Of a stretch of DNA of 64,000 nucleotides, positions 24,781-38,630 are shown piece by piece. The number at the start of each line of letters is the position of its first letter. The stretch's first letter is position 1. The notes under the pieces are model-generated. The model did not search any database. It was not told the DNA's origin and was given only the letters and a program-made list of their open reading frames with translations. A program made the translations under genes and the position numbers. The DNA comes from Octopus vulgaris (lineage: Eukaryota), in contig OX597834.1 of NCBI GenBank assembly GCA_951406725.2, positions 9,920,001 to 9,984,000 of the forward strand, written 5' to 3'.

Positions 24781-25368
24781 GAGTGGGTTAAGCGCATGTG
24801 TGTGCGTTTCTTTTTATGTATATAATACATTTTTATAGATATATGCCTATACACACATATAAACGTAGAATTTATATCTGTCCATGAGAGACCTCGCGTG
24901 TATAAATCTGTCTGTCTCTATGCGTATGCTTCTGTATATGTGTAATTATTTATGTGTGTGTGCGTACGTGCGTGCCTTATTTGGACCGGATATACTCTGT
25001 CACCGGATACTGTCTAATCAGGACCGTCAGATCCTGGCTGGCTGTTCTATGTAATGAAAAAACATTCTTGAATGTTCAAGAAATGTTTCTCTTAAATTCT
25101 CCCCATGTGCAGAGTGAAAACTTCTAACATAAACAACATGGCTAAAAGACATAAATAATAAGAAAGAAACGGAATGAAACAGTGGAGGAAATGGGCTGAG
25201 ATTTTTAGAGGCGGGAGAAACACAAACCAAATGGTGGCGTAAAGTATGTTGAATGAGTAAAGACGAAATAAGATGATAAGGTGAAGGAGGGAGGAGGAAC
25301 ATATGTGTAAATGTGTGTTCGTGTGTACGTGCGCGCTTATGTACATATATATATATGTGCGTGTGTAT

Positions 25369-25399
<31 letters not shown>

Positions 25400-25489
25400 C
25401 GCACACAAAAATAATATATAGGTATGTGTTTATATGCACATATACACACACATTTATGCATATTTACATAGATAATGCATCTGTAAAAC

Positions 25490-25499
25490 TATATATATA

Positions 25500-25548
<49 letters not shown>

Positions 25549-25585
25549 TGCATGCATATATATATAGATATGTATATAGGCACGC

Positions 25586-25620
<35 letters not shown>

Positions 25621-25651
25621 TGAATGTATATAGATATGTATATAGGCACGC

Positions 25652-25689
<38 letters not shown>

Positions 25690-25795
25690 CATGAATGTAT
25701 ATAGATATGTATATATGCATGAATGTATATAGATATGTATATATGCATGAATGTATATAGATATGTATATATGCATGTATGTATATACATACATA
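25490..25795. repeat. (TA)n plus 28-bp minisatellite (gcatgaatgtatatagatatgtatatat)
   Basis: Directly visible tandem copies. Confidence 0.85.
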
Positions 25796-26814
25796 ACCTG
25801 GAGCGCCAGAATACTAAATGTCGAAGCAATACACAAAATTCAGGCCAGGTGTAAAGTTTTCTTTCCTGCCATGTGTATACTGTCTGCCTATGTTGATGGC
25901 AGGCTTTTCAGTCACGACTAGCCCCCAATCATTTTCCATATTGTTTACAAATTCATAATCATTTTGCAGACGTTACCTTTCCTTTTTCGTACTGTAGATT
26001 TGTATCTCAGACGAATTTGCCTGCTAGTTTTAGCAGGCTTCCCATTTACATCAGGGCTCGTTCTGTTGGTTAACAAACTTTATTCTAGTTACAAATTTTG
26101 ACCGAAGGCCAGCAAGTTCGGACGAAATGCCGCTAAGCATTTGCTGGACCTGCTAGCGTATCTCCCAGCTCACCGCCTTTCGAAAACCTTATATTAAGCT
26201 TGATCGTGTTTCATTCAATTTAATTGTGAATTATTAGCTTAGAGGTAGGAAAGCTGTATCTATGGCCTATTACTCTAGTTTCGTATGTGTTCGGCGGAAA
26301 AGCAGCTGAAGTCGTTCCAAAGTAATCGACAAAATCTTTACAAGAGAATGTCTTCCACTAAATACATTTGTGCAATACACAGCCGTGCAAAAGCAAGCGA
26401 CTTATTACATCCACCCACCCACGGGGTTTCTTAAATTAGATTAGATATTATTAAGAGTAACTTTAGATTTAGGAGTGGAGCAGACAATTTCCTGTAATTC
26501 ACACCGTCTTATGGTCCCAGAAGAGAATAAGTTAAAGGCTTTGTCCCAAAGGACTGTGAGGAAGATGCGCTTGAACAGCCACCCCGACCCACAGGACTTG
26601 AATTTAGGAGTTGTGGGCGTTGTTTAACTATAGATCAATGATTCTAAGCCGGATTTACTATGAGATTTAGAGGTCCTTATAAAATGTTCTCAAGAATTTT
26701 GTACAATAAATTGCTCATACTTCTATAATACCCAAAATATTCTAACTTTTTAGTACAATTCCTAACGATATTTAAGTATAAAAATACAGTAGCATTGTTT
26801 TGTTGTTTTAACTT

Positions 26815-26946
26815 GCGTAGGCGTGACTGGGCGGTAAGAAGCTTCCTTCCAAAAGGCATGGCTCCGGGTTCAGTCCCGCCGCGTGGATCGTTGGGCAAGT
26901 GCTTTCTACTATAGCCTCGGCCCGACCAAACCTTGAGTGTATTAGG

Positions 26947-26986
<40 letters not shown>

Positions 26987-27047
26987 TACGACGGGTTTCT
27001 TTCAATTATTCATACATATACATACTTACACATACATACGTACATAT

Positions 27048-27088
<41 letters not shown>

Positions 27089-27293
27089 ACGTATGTAAGT
27101 ATACCAGTATGTATGTATGTATTATGTATACATTTATATGTGCGTGTCTGTGTCTATGTTTGTTTGCACCACGTCCCCGTAACATAGCGGTTCGGCAAAA
27201 GCAGCCGATAGTATAAGTACTAAACTTCGAAAAAAAAATGTTCTGTGGTCGATTTTTTCGGCTAAAACACTTTAGCATGGCCGCAGTCAAATG
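26815..27293 (+). mobile_element. SINE family A, diverged, with rearranged internal microsatellite
   Basis: Head ccgggttcagtcccgcc...ttgggcaagtg...ctatagcctcggcccgaccaaa; tail agcggttcggcaaaa...gcatggccgcagtcaaatg. Confidence 0.75.
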
Positions 27294-27676
27294 CATTAAC
27301 CAACTAAAATATAAAACATACACCGAGTGGCTATGTAGGTCCGCTGGAGAAAAGCAGGAACCAAAGAGGATCATACACAAAAAATGGCTGGGAAACTCTG
27401 CACTTGATGAAGTTTGTAACGGAGTTTTATCCAGGCATATTACATCTTCTAACATTTATTTGCTTCAGACTGCGGCCATGCTGGGGCACAGGTTTTTCCT
27501 CTTTTTTTTCGTTTACTTATACATCTGTAACTGCGTTATACCGTATATCTTTTGGTTATTTGGATGCCAGTTATTGTAGGTGGTGCAGTCATTTAGAAGC
27601 ATCGCTTCTGAAGCAAACGGAGAGCAAAATATTAATAGATTACTTGACGTGCATATGAAGTGTGAGGTGGCCAGGA

Positions 27677-28050
27677 AGTAGTAGTAGTAGTAGTAGCAAT
27701 AATAGTAGTAGTAATAGTAGCAATAATAGTAGTAGTAATAGTAGCAATAATAGTAGTAGTAGTAGTAGTAGCAATAATAGTAGTAGTAGTAGTAGCAATA
27801 ATAGTAGTAGTAGTAGTAGCAATAATAGTAGTAGTAGTAGTAGCAATAGTAGTAGTAGTAGTAGTAGCAATAGTAGTAGTAGTAGTAGTAGCAATAATAG
27901 TAGTAGTAGTAGTAGCAGCAATAATAGTAGTAGTAGTAGTAGCAGCAATAATAGTAGTAGTAGTAGTAGCAGCAATAATAGTAGTAGTAGTAGTAGCAGC
28001 AATAATACTAGTAGTAGTAGTAGTAGCAATAATACTAGTAGTAGTAGTAG
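27677..28050. repeat. (AGT)n-based higher-order trinucleotide array
   Basis: (agt)n-agcaataat units; source of the poly-Ser and poly-Leu ORFs. Confidence 0.95.
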
Positions 28051-28439
28051 AAGCAGGAGGAGGAGGAAGAGATGATCGAAGAAAAAGAAGAGTTGATAGT
28101 GGTGGAGGAGAAGGGGGCGAGGTGGAGGTTGAAGGGTTTTCAACTGCAGTAGTAACAGCTGTGCCGTTTGTTGCCCCAGTTCTAAACTCAGGTTTACTTC
28201 AGGTCATCTACAAATGCATGCATTCCGCCCATGAGAAACCCCTATGTTTTCTCATTATAGTTTCCGAGATGCTACCATGGGATTTGGAGGCCAGTTAGTG
28301 CATTATTTGTATCGAGCCGTACAGGCACGAAGGGGATCTCTGGCTAACTGAAGTACCAGAAGTCATCAACGCTAAATTCGTATACTATAAAGTTCTACTG
28401 TTACGTACGTACATACACACACACATACATACAAACATT

Positions 28440-28740
28440 CATGTGTATACATGTATTTATACATATTTATATACACATATATTTTATATATATATACACA
28501 TATATAAAAGTATATATAAATATATATATATATAAAATGTATATATAAATATATATATATAAATGTATATATAAATATATATATATATATATATAATGTA
28601 TATATAAATGTATATATATATATATATATAATATATGTATATATATATATATATATTATATATATATATATATATAATTATATATATATATAATATAAAT
28701 TATATATATATATATATAATTATATATATATATATATATA

Positions 28741-28793
<53 letters not shown>

Positions 28794-28833
28794 ATATAAT
28801 GTATATATAATATATATATATATAAATGTATAT

Positions 28834-28865
<32 letters not shown>

Positions 28866-28923
28866 AATGTATATATATATATATAAATATATATTATATA
28901 TATATATATATATAAATGTATAT

Positions 28924-28972
<49 letters not shown>

Positions 28973-29074
28973 ATATATATAAATTATATATATATATATA
29001 TATAAATGTATATATAAATATATATATATATATAATGTATATATAAATATATATATATAAAAATGTATATATAA

Positions 29075-29147
<73 letters not shown>

Positions 29148-29770
29148 AATATATATATATATATAATGTATATATAAATATATATATATATATAAAATGT
29201 ATATATAAATATATATATATATATAAATGTATATATAAATATATATATATATATATAAATGTATATATAAATATATATATATATATATAAATGTATATAT
29301 AAATATATATATATATATATAAATGTATATATAAATATATATATATATATATAAATGTATATATAAATATATATATATATATATAAATGTATATATAAAT
29401 ATATATATATATATATAAATGTATATATAAATATATATATATATATATAAATGTATATATAAATATATATATATATACACACACACGTGTACACATATGT
29501 GAGTGTATCTCTCTTTCCCTATCTCTATGTATATATATATATATATTTATATATATACACATATGTACATACACATATATGTGTGTGTATCTCTCTCTCT
29601 ATGTATGTATATATATGCGTGTGTGTATATATATATATGTGTGTGTGCTTGTGTGTGTGTACACACTCATATTTATGAATATATATGCTTGTATGGGCAT
29701 GCATATATGTATGTATGTGTGTGTGTACACACGCATATATATGTATATATATATATGTGTGTGTGTGTGT
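28440..29770. repeat. ~1.3-kb (TA)n-derived array with ~30-32-bp higher-order unit aaatgtatatataaat(at)n
   Basis: Directly visible; aaatgt recurs at 29225, 29257, 29289 and onward. Confidence 0.95.
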
Positions 29771-30214
29771 AGATACTTTAGTATTTCGTTTTATACATCT
29801 ACGTAGTTCCATTGCAGCAAATCTCAGATATCATTTATCATAATAATGCGATTATTCAACGTTGATCTCTTTTAGATTTATTGCTATTCATTTCCATCAC
29901 GAATGCCTTTAGGGAAAACAAAGTTAAACAGTTCGCAAGCAGATTTTACCCCTCATCCTCAACCATCCCCTCAAATTGTGGCCTTATGCCCAAATAAGAA
30001 GTCAAAATTCATATCTATGTATGCAGAGCGGTTGAATGTGGTTGAAAATCTGGAGAAATCTAATAATTGCATTGTATGTTTGTGAGAATTTTGTGTTTTC
30101 TCCGTTTATATCTGGCCAGTATTGACGTCGACTGCGATAGTTAATTTAATTCAACTTAGGCCTCCATACTTACACACATTTTCTATACATATGCATACAC
30201 ATATGTGATCGTTA

Positions 30215-30229
30215 GATAGATAGATATAT

Positions 30230-30262
<33 letters not shown>

Positions 30263-30419
30263 CATACATATATATATATATACATACATATATATATATA
30301 CATATATATATATATACATAGATATATATACATACATACATATATATACATACATACATATATATACATAGATATATATACATAGATATATATATACATA
30401 GATATATATATATACATAG

Positions 30420-30456
<37 letters not shown>

Positions 30457-30460
30457 CATA

Positions 30461-30492
<32 letters not shown>

Positions 30493-30727
30493 CATATATA
30501 CATACATATATATATACATACATACATATATACATATATATATACATATATATATATATATACATATATATACATACATATATATATATATACATACATA
30601 TATATATATATACATACATATATATATATATACATACATATATATATATATACATACATATATATATATATACATACATATATATATATACATACATACA
30701 TATATATATACATACATACATATATAT
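30215..30727. repeat. (TA)n/(TACA)n microsatellite
   Basis: Directly visible. Confidence 0.95.
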
Positions 30728-30790
30728 TATCAAGAGAGAGACTACTTTTCCGAGAAATCTCTTTCCGCAAACGATACAAATATTTCTCAC

Positions 30791-30871
30791 TTTGCCCTCA
30801 GCTTCTTATCCACTGCGTTCTTGAAATCTTTAAGTTGAGCTTGCTCATGCAATAAAGCCGCCAACTCACCG
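30791..30871 (-). CDS. Weak candidate 81-nt frame-preserving exon ([26 protein letters not shown])
   Basis: Acceptor catatttttggcAG, donor AA|GTGAGA, only one open frame, helical-looking peptide. No homology recognised. Confidence 0.25.
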
Positions 30872-32585
30872 CTGCCAAAAATATGAGCAACCGACAGATA
30901 TAGATACTATATCTACATTTCGAAACAACACCGCAGAGCAGCAATGTCCGGGTCCTACAAGCATAGTCGCTGTATTTATTAGTATCTTTGACCGTTCAGT
31001 TTTAAATCAGTACAGTATTTGTATAGTTTAACCTAATACGTGTGTACCACTTTCCGGAAAACTGCCGGACTAGATTTCCTGCTTCATTGTATATACTATT
31101 GTGTTAGAAAGTGCTTCAGAATGTGAACTCAGTTGCTCCGCTTCGACATTCAGAATCTTCATGAGAATCTCGTCTTTCGTACTAACGTCTAACTCTTCGC
31201 AAACAGGGCAAGAATTAAGACCTAAACTTCTCTTCTGCCCCAAAGTATCGAGGAAAGTGTGAACCTGAAACAATCCTACCTAATGGTGGTTTTAAGCTTT
31301 GGCACAAGGCCGGCAATGTCAGAGGATGCATATGTCGATTTCGGCAATCTCAGTGTTCAATTGGTACTCTACGACCTAGAAACGAATGTTGGCAAAGTCG
31401 ACCATAGCGGGAGTTGACTTCAGAATGTAGTATACCAGAAGAAATTCTGCAACGCATTTTTGTCCTATGTTTTAGCATATTTGCCTGCTTATCGTTTCCA
31501 TGTAAAAAAATAGGTTAAAATTTTCCTTACGAAGCTTCACATTTGATATTTGGAATTATTTTTTTCAACTTTGATGCATAAATAATAATGTTTCTTTATG
31601 CTGCGACTGTCCATTTAAAAAAAAAATTTACGATTCTATTCAATAGAAAATGTTACTAGAAGCGTAACGTTGGAATATATTTCATTATTTTAAAGACATT
31701 GATTAGGTTTCCGACTTCTTTCCATGGTTAAAATTGTTGTAAACGTAACAAATAAATGTATTACAGCTTGGGAATATTTTGATTATGTCTCTGACCCCGT
31801 TCTCTAGTTAATGTTTTTAAAGCTTAACAATCAAAACACGCGTCGTGACAAAAACACAATAATACATTAGAAGTTAGCGTAATAAAAAAATTAAGGAAAG
31901 TACATTTAACATACCGAAGCTTCCTCTCCAAACCTCATGTAGATAAGCTATGTTTACAGCATAGCTTGACACGGGGAGAAAACTATATGAGGCTAACGAC
32001 GGTGGGATAAAAAAAAAACCGTGACGCAAACAGAGAGAAATTGATTAGTTTAATAAGAAAAGAAAACGACATTTTCTTTTCAGTGAAGTAAACAAAATTC
32101 TGCTGACAAGAAGCTAATTTCGAAAAAAAAAATAATAAGAGAGACAGAGAGAGAATCTCGAAACTAACACTTTTTGCTTTAAAAGGAAAAATCTTGGAAA
32201 TGTTTTTTTTTTTTTTAAAATAAATTAGAAAAAACAAACGTGTATGAAAGAAGTTTATTAAAGAATAAAATATAGAAAAGTGTGTTGGTAATGTCACGTA
32301 AGACTCGGCAGAAAGGAAACACATTCAAGCGAACGTTAACATTAGCTCTATGCTCTCAGCTAAGAAGCAGAAGGTCAATTTTTAGGTGAAAAATACCAAT
32401 ACTAAACAAAATAATATTTTTAAATTTTAAAATCGAAAATAAACGAATTTATGTAGCACTGACTATCCGGTCTATGCAATGATATGCTTCACCACATTTA
32501 CAATTACTGCTTCCTCAATTCTTTCGAATGTGAGCATATTCCCACTCACAATCTACATAGAATTAATGTCTGGTAGAAAACAAAG

Positions 32586-32858
32586 CTAGAAGCTGGAATA
32601 ACCAAGCGTAGATTGGCATATTTCGGTCATATTATGCGGGAAGAATCCCTGGAGAAGGATATCATGCTCGGAATGGGCAGTTGCAAGACAGGAAGAGGCC
32701 GACCAAGACCCCGCTGGCTTGAAACAATCAGGAGTGATACCGGAATGGACATGGCCAATCTGAAGTAAGCGGTCCAGGATAGAACTGACTGGAGGACACT
32801 GATCCAACGAGTGACTGACAGTCGACTTCGACTGAGCGGATACAGAGAGAGAAAATAA
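32586..32858 (+). mobile_element. RTE-clade (BovB-like) LINE 3' fragment
   Basis: Translates LEAGITKRRLAYFGHIMREESLEKDIMLGMGSCKTGRGRPRPRWLETIRSDTGMDMANLK*AVQDRTDWRTLIQRVTDSRLRLSG, matching the YFGHxMR, GRPRxRW and QDRxxW motifs of the RTE ORF C-terminus; one stop. Confidence 0.92.
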
Positions 32859-33100
32859 AACAATATTTCGAAGTGAAAACGGATAAGAATATCCGTATAT
32901 CTTATCCATTTAAGAAAACGATAGGATTTAAAGTTGATATGACGCTAAATGACAAAGACGCAGTCCTATTCATTTGCGCCATGTCTGCACAGTTGAACAC
33001 AGGATATAATTAGCGAAAATTGAAACTCAGAATGTAGAAAAGAAGAAAGTAAAGGGATTTTGGAATTGTACTAATACGATGGACATAAAACTGAATACAG

Positions 33101-33623
33101 GTCGGTTACGACGACAAAGGTTTCAACGGAACAGACTGCTCGTGAAATTAACCTGCATTTGTTTGAGCAACACACACCAAAGGAGGCGAGCTGGCAGAAA
33201 CGTTAGCACGCCAGGCGAAATGCGTAGCCGTATTTCGTCTGCCGTTACATTCTGAGTTCAAATTCCGCCAAGGTCGACTTTGCCTTTCATCCTTTCAGTG
33301 TCGATAAATTAAGTACCAGTCGATGTAATCGACTTAATCCGTTTGTCCTCTCTGTGTTTAGCCCCTTGTGGGTAGTAAAGAAATAGGCTGAGCCCGCCAC
33401 AGACAAGCGCACCCTTAAAATAGTTCTCAGAGAGATTCAGCATGAAACAGGATATGAAATAGCTGGTCCTTTGAAATAAAGATGACATTCATTTCTGCCA
33501 GCTGAGTAGACTGCAGCATCATGCAATAAAGTGTCTTGCTCAAAGACACAACACGCAGGTATGTATCGAACCCACGACTATATGATCTTGAGCAGAATAC
33601 CCTAAAGTTAGCCACGAGCCTTC
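33101..33623 (-). mobile_element. tRNA-derived CORE-type SINE interrupted by a family B insertion
   Basis: Minus strand head with B box gggttcgatac, then gtgttgtgtctttgagcaagacactttatt...ctcagctggcagaaatga; tail shared with the element at 1-258. Confidence 0.75.
33181..33386 (+). mobile_element. SINE family B, young single-unit copy (nested)
   Basis: aggaggcgagctggcagaaacgttagcacg...gtgggtagtaaagaaatag. Confidence 0.9.
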
Positions 33624-33739
33624 ACAGTACTCATAATAACTGAAGAATTGAAGCATCACATAGTATTTACAAAAACCTGCACGAAACAAAATCTAGAATA
33701 ATGATAATATTTTCAAATTTCTGCACAATTTCTGCAATT

Positions 33740-34130
33740 TAGGATCTCGTCAGGTACTTATTTTAGCGACCCCGAGAAGATGAAAGGCCAAATCGACCTC
33801 GGCTGAATTTGAAATTTGAACCTGAAGATGAGCGAAATGCCGCTTAGTATTTTTCCCGGTGTGCTGAAGATTCTATCAGATCACCAACGTAATAATAATA
33901 ATAATAAGAAGAAGAAGAAGAATGATAATTTAAAATTTTGATAGAAAGTCAGTAATTTCGGGAGAGAGGATAATTTGATTATATTGAACCCAGTACTCGA
34001 CTGGTACTTATTTTATCGACCCCAAAATGATGAAAAGTAAAAGTCGACCACGGTGGAATTTGAACTCAAAACGCATGAAATATTGCTCAGCATTCTGCCT
34101 GATGTGCTAACGATTCTGCAAGCTTACCCG
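33740..34130 (-). mobile_element. Two diverged SINE family B copies
   Basis: ggtacttatttta.cgacccc..aa.gatgaaa.g..aa.tcgacc occurs twice. Confidence 0.75.
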
Positions 34131-35356
34131 TCTTGATGGTGACGACGATGATGATGTTGATGATGATGAGGAGGAGGGGGATAGCAACAACAAGAACATG
34201 AGAATGATAAAGATGATGATAATAATGATGATCATAATGGAAACGTTTTAATTCTATAATTTCCTTCTGAAAAAAACAATTCTGTCAAAGCATGGATTTT
34301 CGGCGTATAAAATTCTTGAAATTGTCTATCTCTTGGGTAGATTTCTTTCTTAATCTTGTAAGATATATCGACGGTGTCTGCTGTTATTGCTTAGCAGTGT
34401 AATGTTGATCCATTGTTTCGACGTTTTTTTCTACTTTTCTTTGTTTTAGCATCTCTTTAACCTCACAAACACACACACACAATTTCACACATTCTTTCTC
34501 TCTCTCCGCATACGGACTCAATCTTCGCGTTTCTCTCTTTCTCTCCACTCCTCTTTCGTTCCCACTTTTGTATACACACACACACGCGCTTTCGCTGATG
34601 CACATACATACATACATACATACACACTCGCTCACTAATGTAAACTAGATCCGTGAATATCATAATAGAATGTCTGAAATATCTTATCGAAGGAGAAAGT
34701 ACGTCATAAAAAGCCGAACACATATGGCACGTAAATAGAATTTTCATGAGACTATGAGGTGTAGTTTCCATTATAGGCGAATAACCAGATTAGAAAATAA
34801 GGAAAATCGAAAACCGCAACACTAAGAGCTCTGTGAATACTGTCAGTAAATATAGCGAATAGCTCCTATTACTGAAAAATCGTTATACAGCTCCTCGTTT
34901 GACACTTAAACGTCCTATGGGGTTTATGCTAAATGGATATGTGTTGAAAGTTGCATTAGAACGAAGCGATTTTATTTGATAACCAGGCAAATGTTATGCA
35001 TATATGCAGAGAAAGCTCGGAGAATATATTAGCTAAAACCTAATGTAGATAGAAGAACATAAGATGAGTTTAATAGTCCAGAAAACCCATGAACTAGTCA
35101 AACAATTGCTCAATTTCAATACATAGACGGTTTAATACGAATATAGAATGACTCGTGTTTTGCCACACACATACATCAAATGATCTCGGCAATGCGGCAA
35201 CAGTCGAATAATGTATTTATCAAAAGTCATATTTGATCTCGCTTTACAGGATTAAAGGGTTAAAAATTCCTAAATTCAATATTGAACACATTACCATATT
35301 ACGAATAATCACTCCCTTCTTTTATCCTCAACGATTATTACATCTATTATTATTAC

Positions 35357-35387
<31 letters not shown>

Positions 35388-35643
35388 GTTATTGTTATTA
35401 TTATTATTATTGTTATTGTTATTGCTGTTGTTGCTTGTCGAGTATGGTTGGGGAAGCAAAAGGAATACAATCTCTGTAGCAAAACATAAATAGAAACCGC
35501 AATAATTTAGCTTTCCATCACGTATTCTCAAGTTGAAATTAGGTTTCGCCCTAAAGTAAAATTACTTTCACCGAAATACCAAACCAATACTTACAACTAA
35601 GCAAGCATATATATACATACATACATACATATATACATATATA

Positions 35644-35674
<31 letters not shown>

Positions 35675-36415
35675 TCTGAAATATAAGGTATTATTCCAAT
35701 TTAAATATTTCCGAATGTCTTCATAATGCCATAATTCCAGAAAGATTAACTTCAAATTTCAGTAATTTGCGATCTACACTTCTGTATTTCGGGAGAATCA
35801 GAGCTCAGAGATTCTACTACGTTTCTTAGACATCACATTTCCCTTTTCTTTCTTCACTCTCTTCCTCCATCTCTCACCCTCTCACTCTCCCACCTTTCTT
35901 GCTCTCTCTCTCTCTCTCTCTTTCTTTCTCTCCATCTCTGGCCACTATCTCCAATTGCCACTTTATTTTTTAGCCTAGGTTTGATACAGAGTAGTATGTA
36001 TGTATACAGCTGTTTCTCGCATGACATATATATAGACAATGATAATTATTAGAATTTTCCCTTCGTTTTTTTTTTTCTCTTTCTAATGCACTCTGTGATG
36101 CTTATACATTTTTGCTCTTTTCTTGCCGACTTCATTCGTTCTTTATTTATTTTTCATTTTTTTTATTGTATTGTTTTTTTTTTTTTTTTTTTCATTTCAC
36201 TTCCATTTTAGAATAGGAAGCTACAATAAAATTCATCGCATAGAAATACATTCAACTTTCTGTTTTAATCATTCGGTCACTCAATAACATTTTCACCTCA
36301 GCAATTCTACAGTGAAACGTATTGATTTATTTCGAAAACATCTATTCTTAATTCTTCTACACACACACACACACTAATGTATATATCTATGTCTTTGTGC
36401 GGGTGAGTTTGTAAG

Positions 36416-36769
<354 letters not shown>

Positions 36770-37303
36770 GCATCTCTTTTTATATGTGTGTATGCATATA
36801 CATGTGTGTGCGCGTATTTGTATGTGTGCGCATGCGCGTGTGTATACGTAGGTATATATCGAAAGTTTACGTCATGTGATCTCTGCGTTTCGCTTATTGT
36901 TACGGGTTACTTTTCATGTTTCCATTTCTGATTTGTTTTTGTAATATTTTCTTTTGTGTTACTTGGAGATTAAAACAGAAAGCGTGAATAGAACATACTC
37001 AAATACACACACACACACACAACAAACATACACATGCACGCATGTACACTTATACGTATGTACACACACGCATACACACACATATATATGCGTGTATATA
37101 TGTATGTATATATTTATGTATGTACTTGACTCTTGGCAACCTATTTCTTTTGCGCCCATTTATGAGTTATACGTGTATTTGTTTCTATGTCTCTGTGTTT
37201 GAATATGTACGCACCACTCTGGCAGAGTGAGCGTATGTTCCTTATACGTGCCACTATTTACGTACGTATACACACACATATGAATACATAGAGACACATT
37301 CTT

Positions 37304-37365
<62 letters not shown>

Positions 37366-37769
37366 GGGTGCGTGCGTATGCATGTGGGAATTTGAATGTG
37401 CGCTCATATATCTTTCCAGCCGACTAATTCAACTTCGGTAACCAACAACAAGATAACGCCTTTGAATTACCACAAAGAAAATTATCGTAACAAACGTACA
37501 AATGAGTGAATGAATGAACAAACAAATAAATAGATAAATTTCGCTATTCTACATTGAGAACATGAACACTAACGAACAGAAAAAACAACACTATCCGAAA
37601 CAGCTATTAGAAAAGAAAGCGAGAACAAAAAAACTGTTACTAAAAATATGTATTTCGTGGAGTAGTGCTCAAGCGTCCTACCATGTCCTCAAACGTTTTC
37701 CAAAATCATTAGTATCCATTTGTTCATAAGCACCATTCAAAAGATTTGATTGCTATTATTTGCAATACT

Positions 37770-37988
37770 TAGGGCGGCGAACTGGCAGAATCGTTAGCGC
37801 ACCGGGCAAAGTGCTTAACGGGGATTCGTTTATCTCTACGTTCTGACTTCATATATCGCCGAGATCGACTTTGCCTTTCATCCTTTCGACATCGATCAAA
37901 TAAGTACCAGTTGAACACTGGTGTCGATGTAATCCACTTAGGCCCATTCTCCGAATCAGCTGACCTTGTGCAGAAATTTGGAACCATT
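37770..37988 (+). mobile_element. SINE family B (older tail type)
   Basis: agggcggcgaactggcagaatcgttagcg...cgactttgcctttcatcctttcg...ccttgtgcagaaatttggaaccatt. Confidence 0.85.
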
Positions 37989-38036
37989 AACTATATATAT
38001 ATATATATATACTTTATTTAAAAGCAGCAGAAATTC

Positions 38037-38089
38037 AACAAAACCTGTTACTCGGAGTTTCACGTTCCCGTTCGTCGGACAGTTTTGTT
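38037..38089 (-). ncRNA. Minimal type I hammerhead ribozyme (U4C variant)
   Basis: Minus strand: aacaaaa-ctgt CCGACGA acg(GGAA)cgt GAAA ctc-c-gaG TA acag-g-ttttgtt. Stems I, II and III all pair; cleavage triplet GUA. Confidence 0.75.
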
Positions 38090-38106
38090 AAAATGTGTTT
38101 ACTCCG

Positions 38107-38137
<31 letters not shown>

Positions 38138-38274
38138 CAAAAAGCAATAAAGATTCAAGTTAATTTAAATGAATTTACTTGAATATGGTACCTAACTTAG
38201 ATGCACCAAAAAAACTATACTGTTTTAACAATACAATAATGTGGGGTGATTATATATATATATATATATATATA

Positions 38275-38630
38275 AATAATAAATATTAGGGAATAAATCC
38301 AAATTTACAGGGAAAAAATCAGATTTAGGATTAAATCCAATTTTATAGTAAAATATTATAAAATATTATTAGAGACAAAACCACTATTTTTTATATTTAG
38401 GTTATATATGGATTATATATTTATATTTTTTCATTCATACTTTAATTATTTTAAAATTATTATTTGTATATTTTAAAATTTTGATATTTTAGATTGAAGT
38501 CCACCTGAAGATTGTCGATCAAGACAAGAAACGATTGTAGTGGCGGTTTTTTTTACTATTTATTAAAATTTTATGTATTGATTAAGTCTTTCCTTGTTTG
38601 TTTTGCAAAATAGTGGTTTTGTCTCTAATA

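Noticed and set aside
27640-28143. Poly-Leu (minus) and poly-Ser/Asn (plus) ORFs
   Set aside because: (AGT)n trinucleotide array with no supporting splice or coding context.
28261-28351. Plus-strand exon-like segment after ttttctcattatag
   Set aside because: It appears to be part of an old dispersed repeat with weak similarity to about 5915-6090, 8241-8440 and 50915-51120, and all frames stop quickly.
28782-29812. Long ORFs rich in Y/I/C/V/H/T (also 23094-23800, 30151-30790, 36307-36773, 40039-40649, 56436-56925)
   Set aside because: Translations of (TA)n/(TG)n/(CA)n microsatellites, which lack stop codons by construction.
4163-30791. Splicing the 30871-30791 exon candidate to the SYPQLPEV.. 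terminal exon
   Set aside because: The donor is phase 2 and the SYPQ frame needs phase 0, so they do not join in that frame.
33820-33845. CTGAAGAtgagcGAAA hammerhead-like core
   Set aside because: No stem II or stem I pairing; it is a mutated antisense SINE B head.
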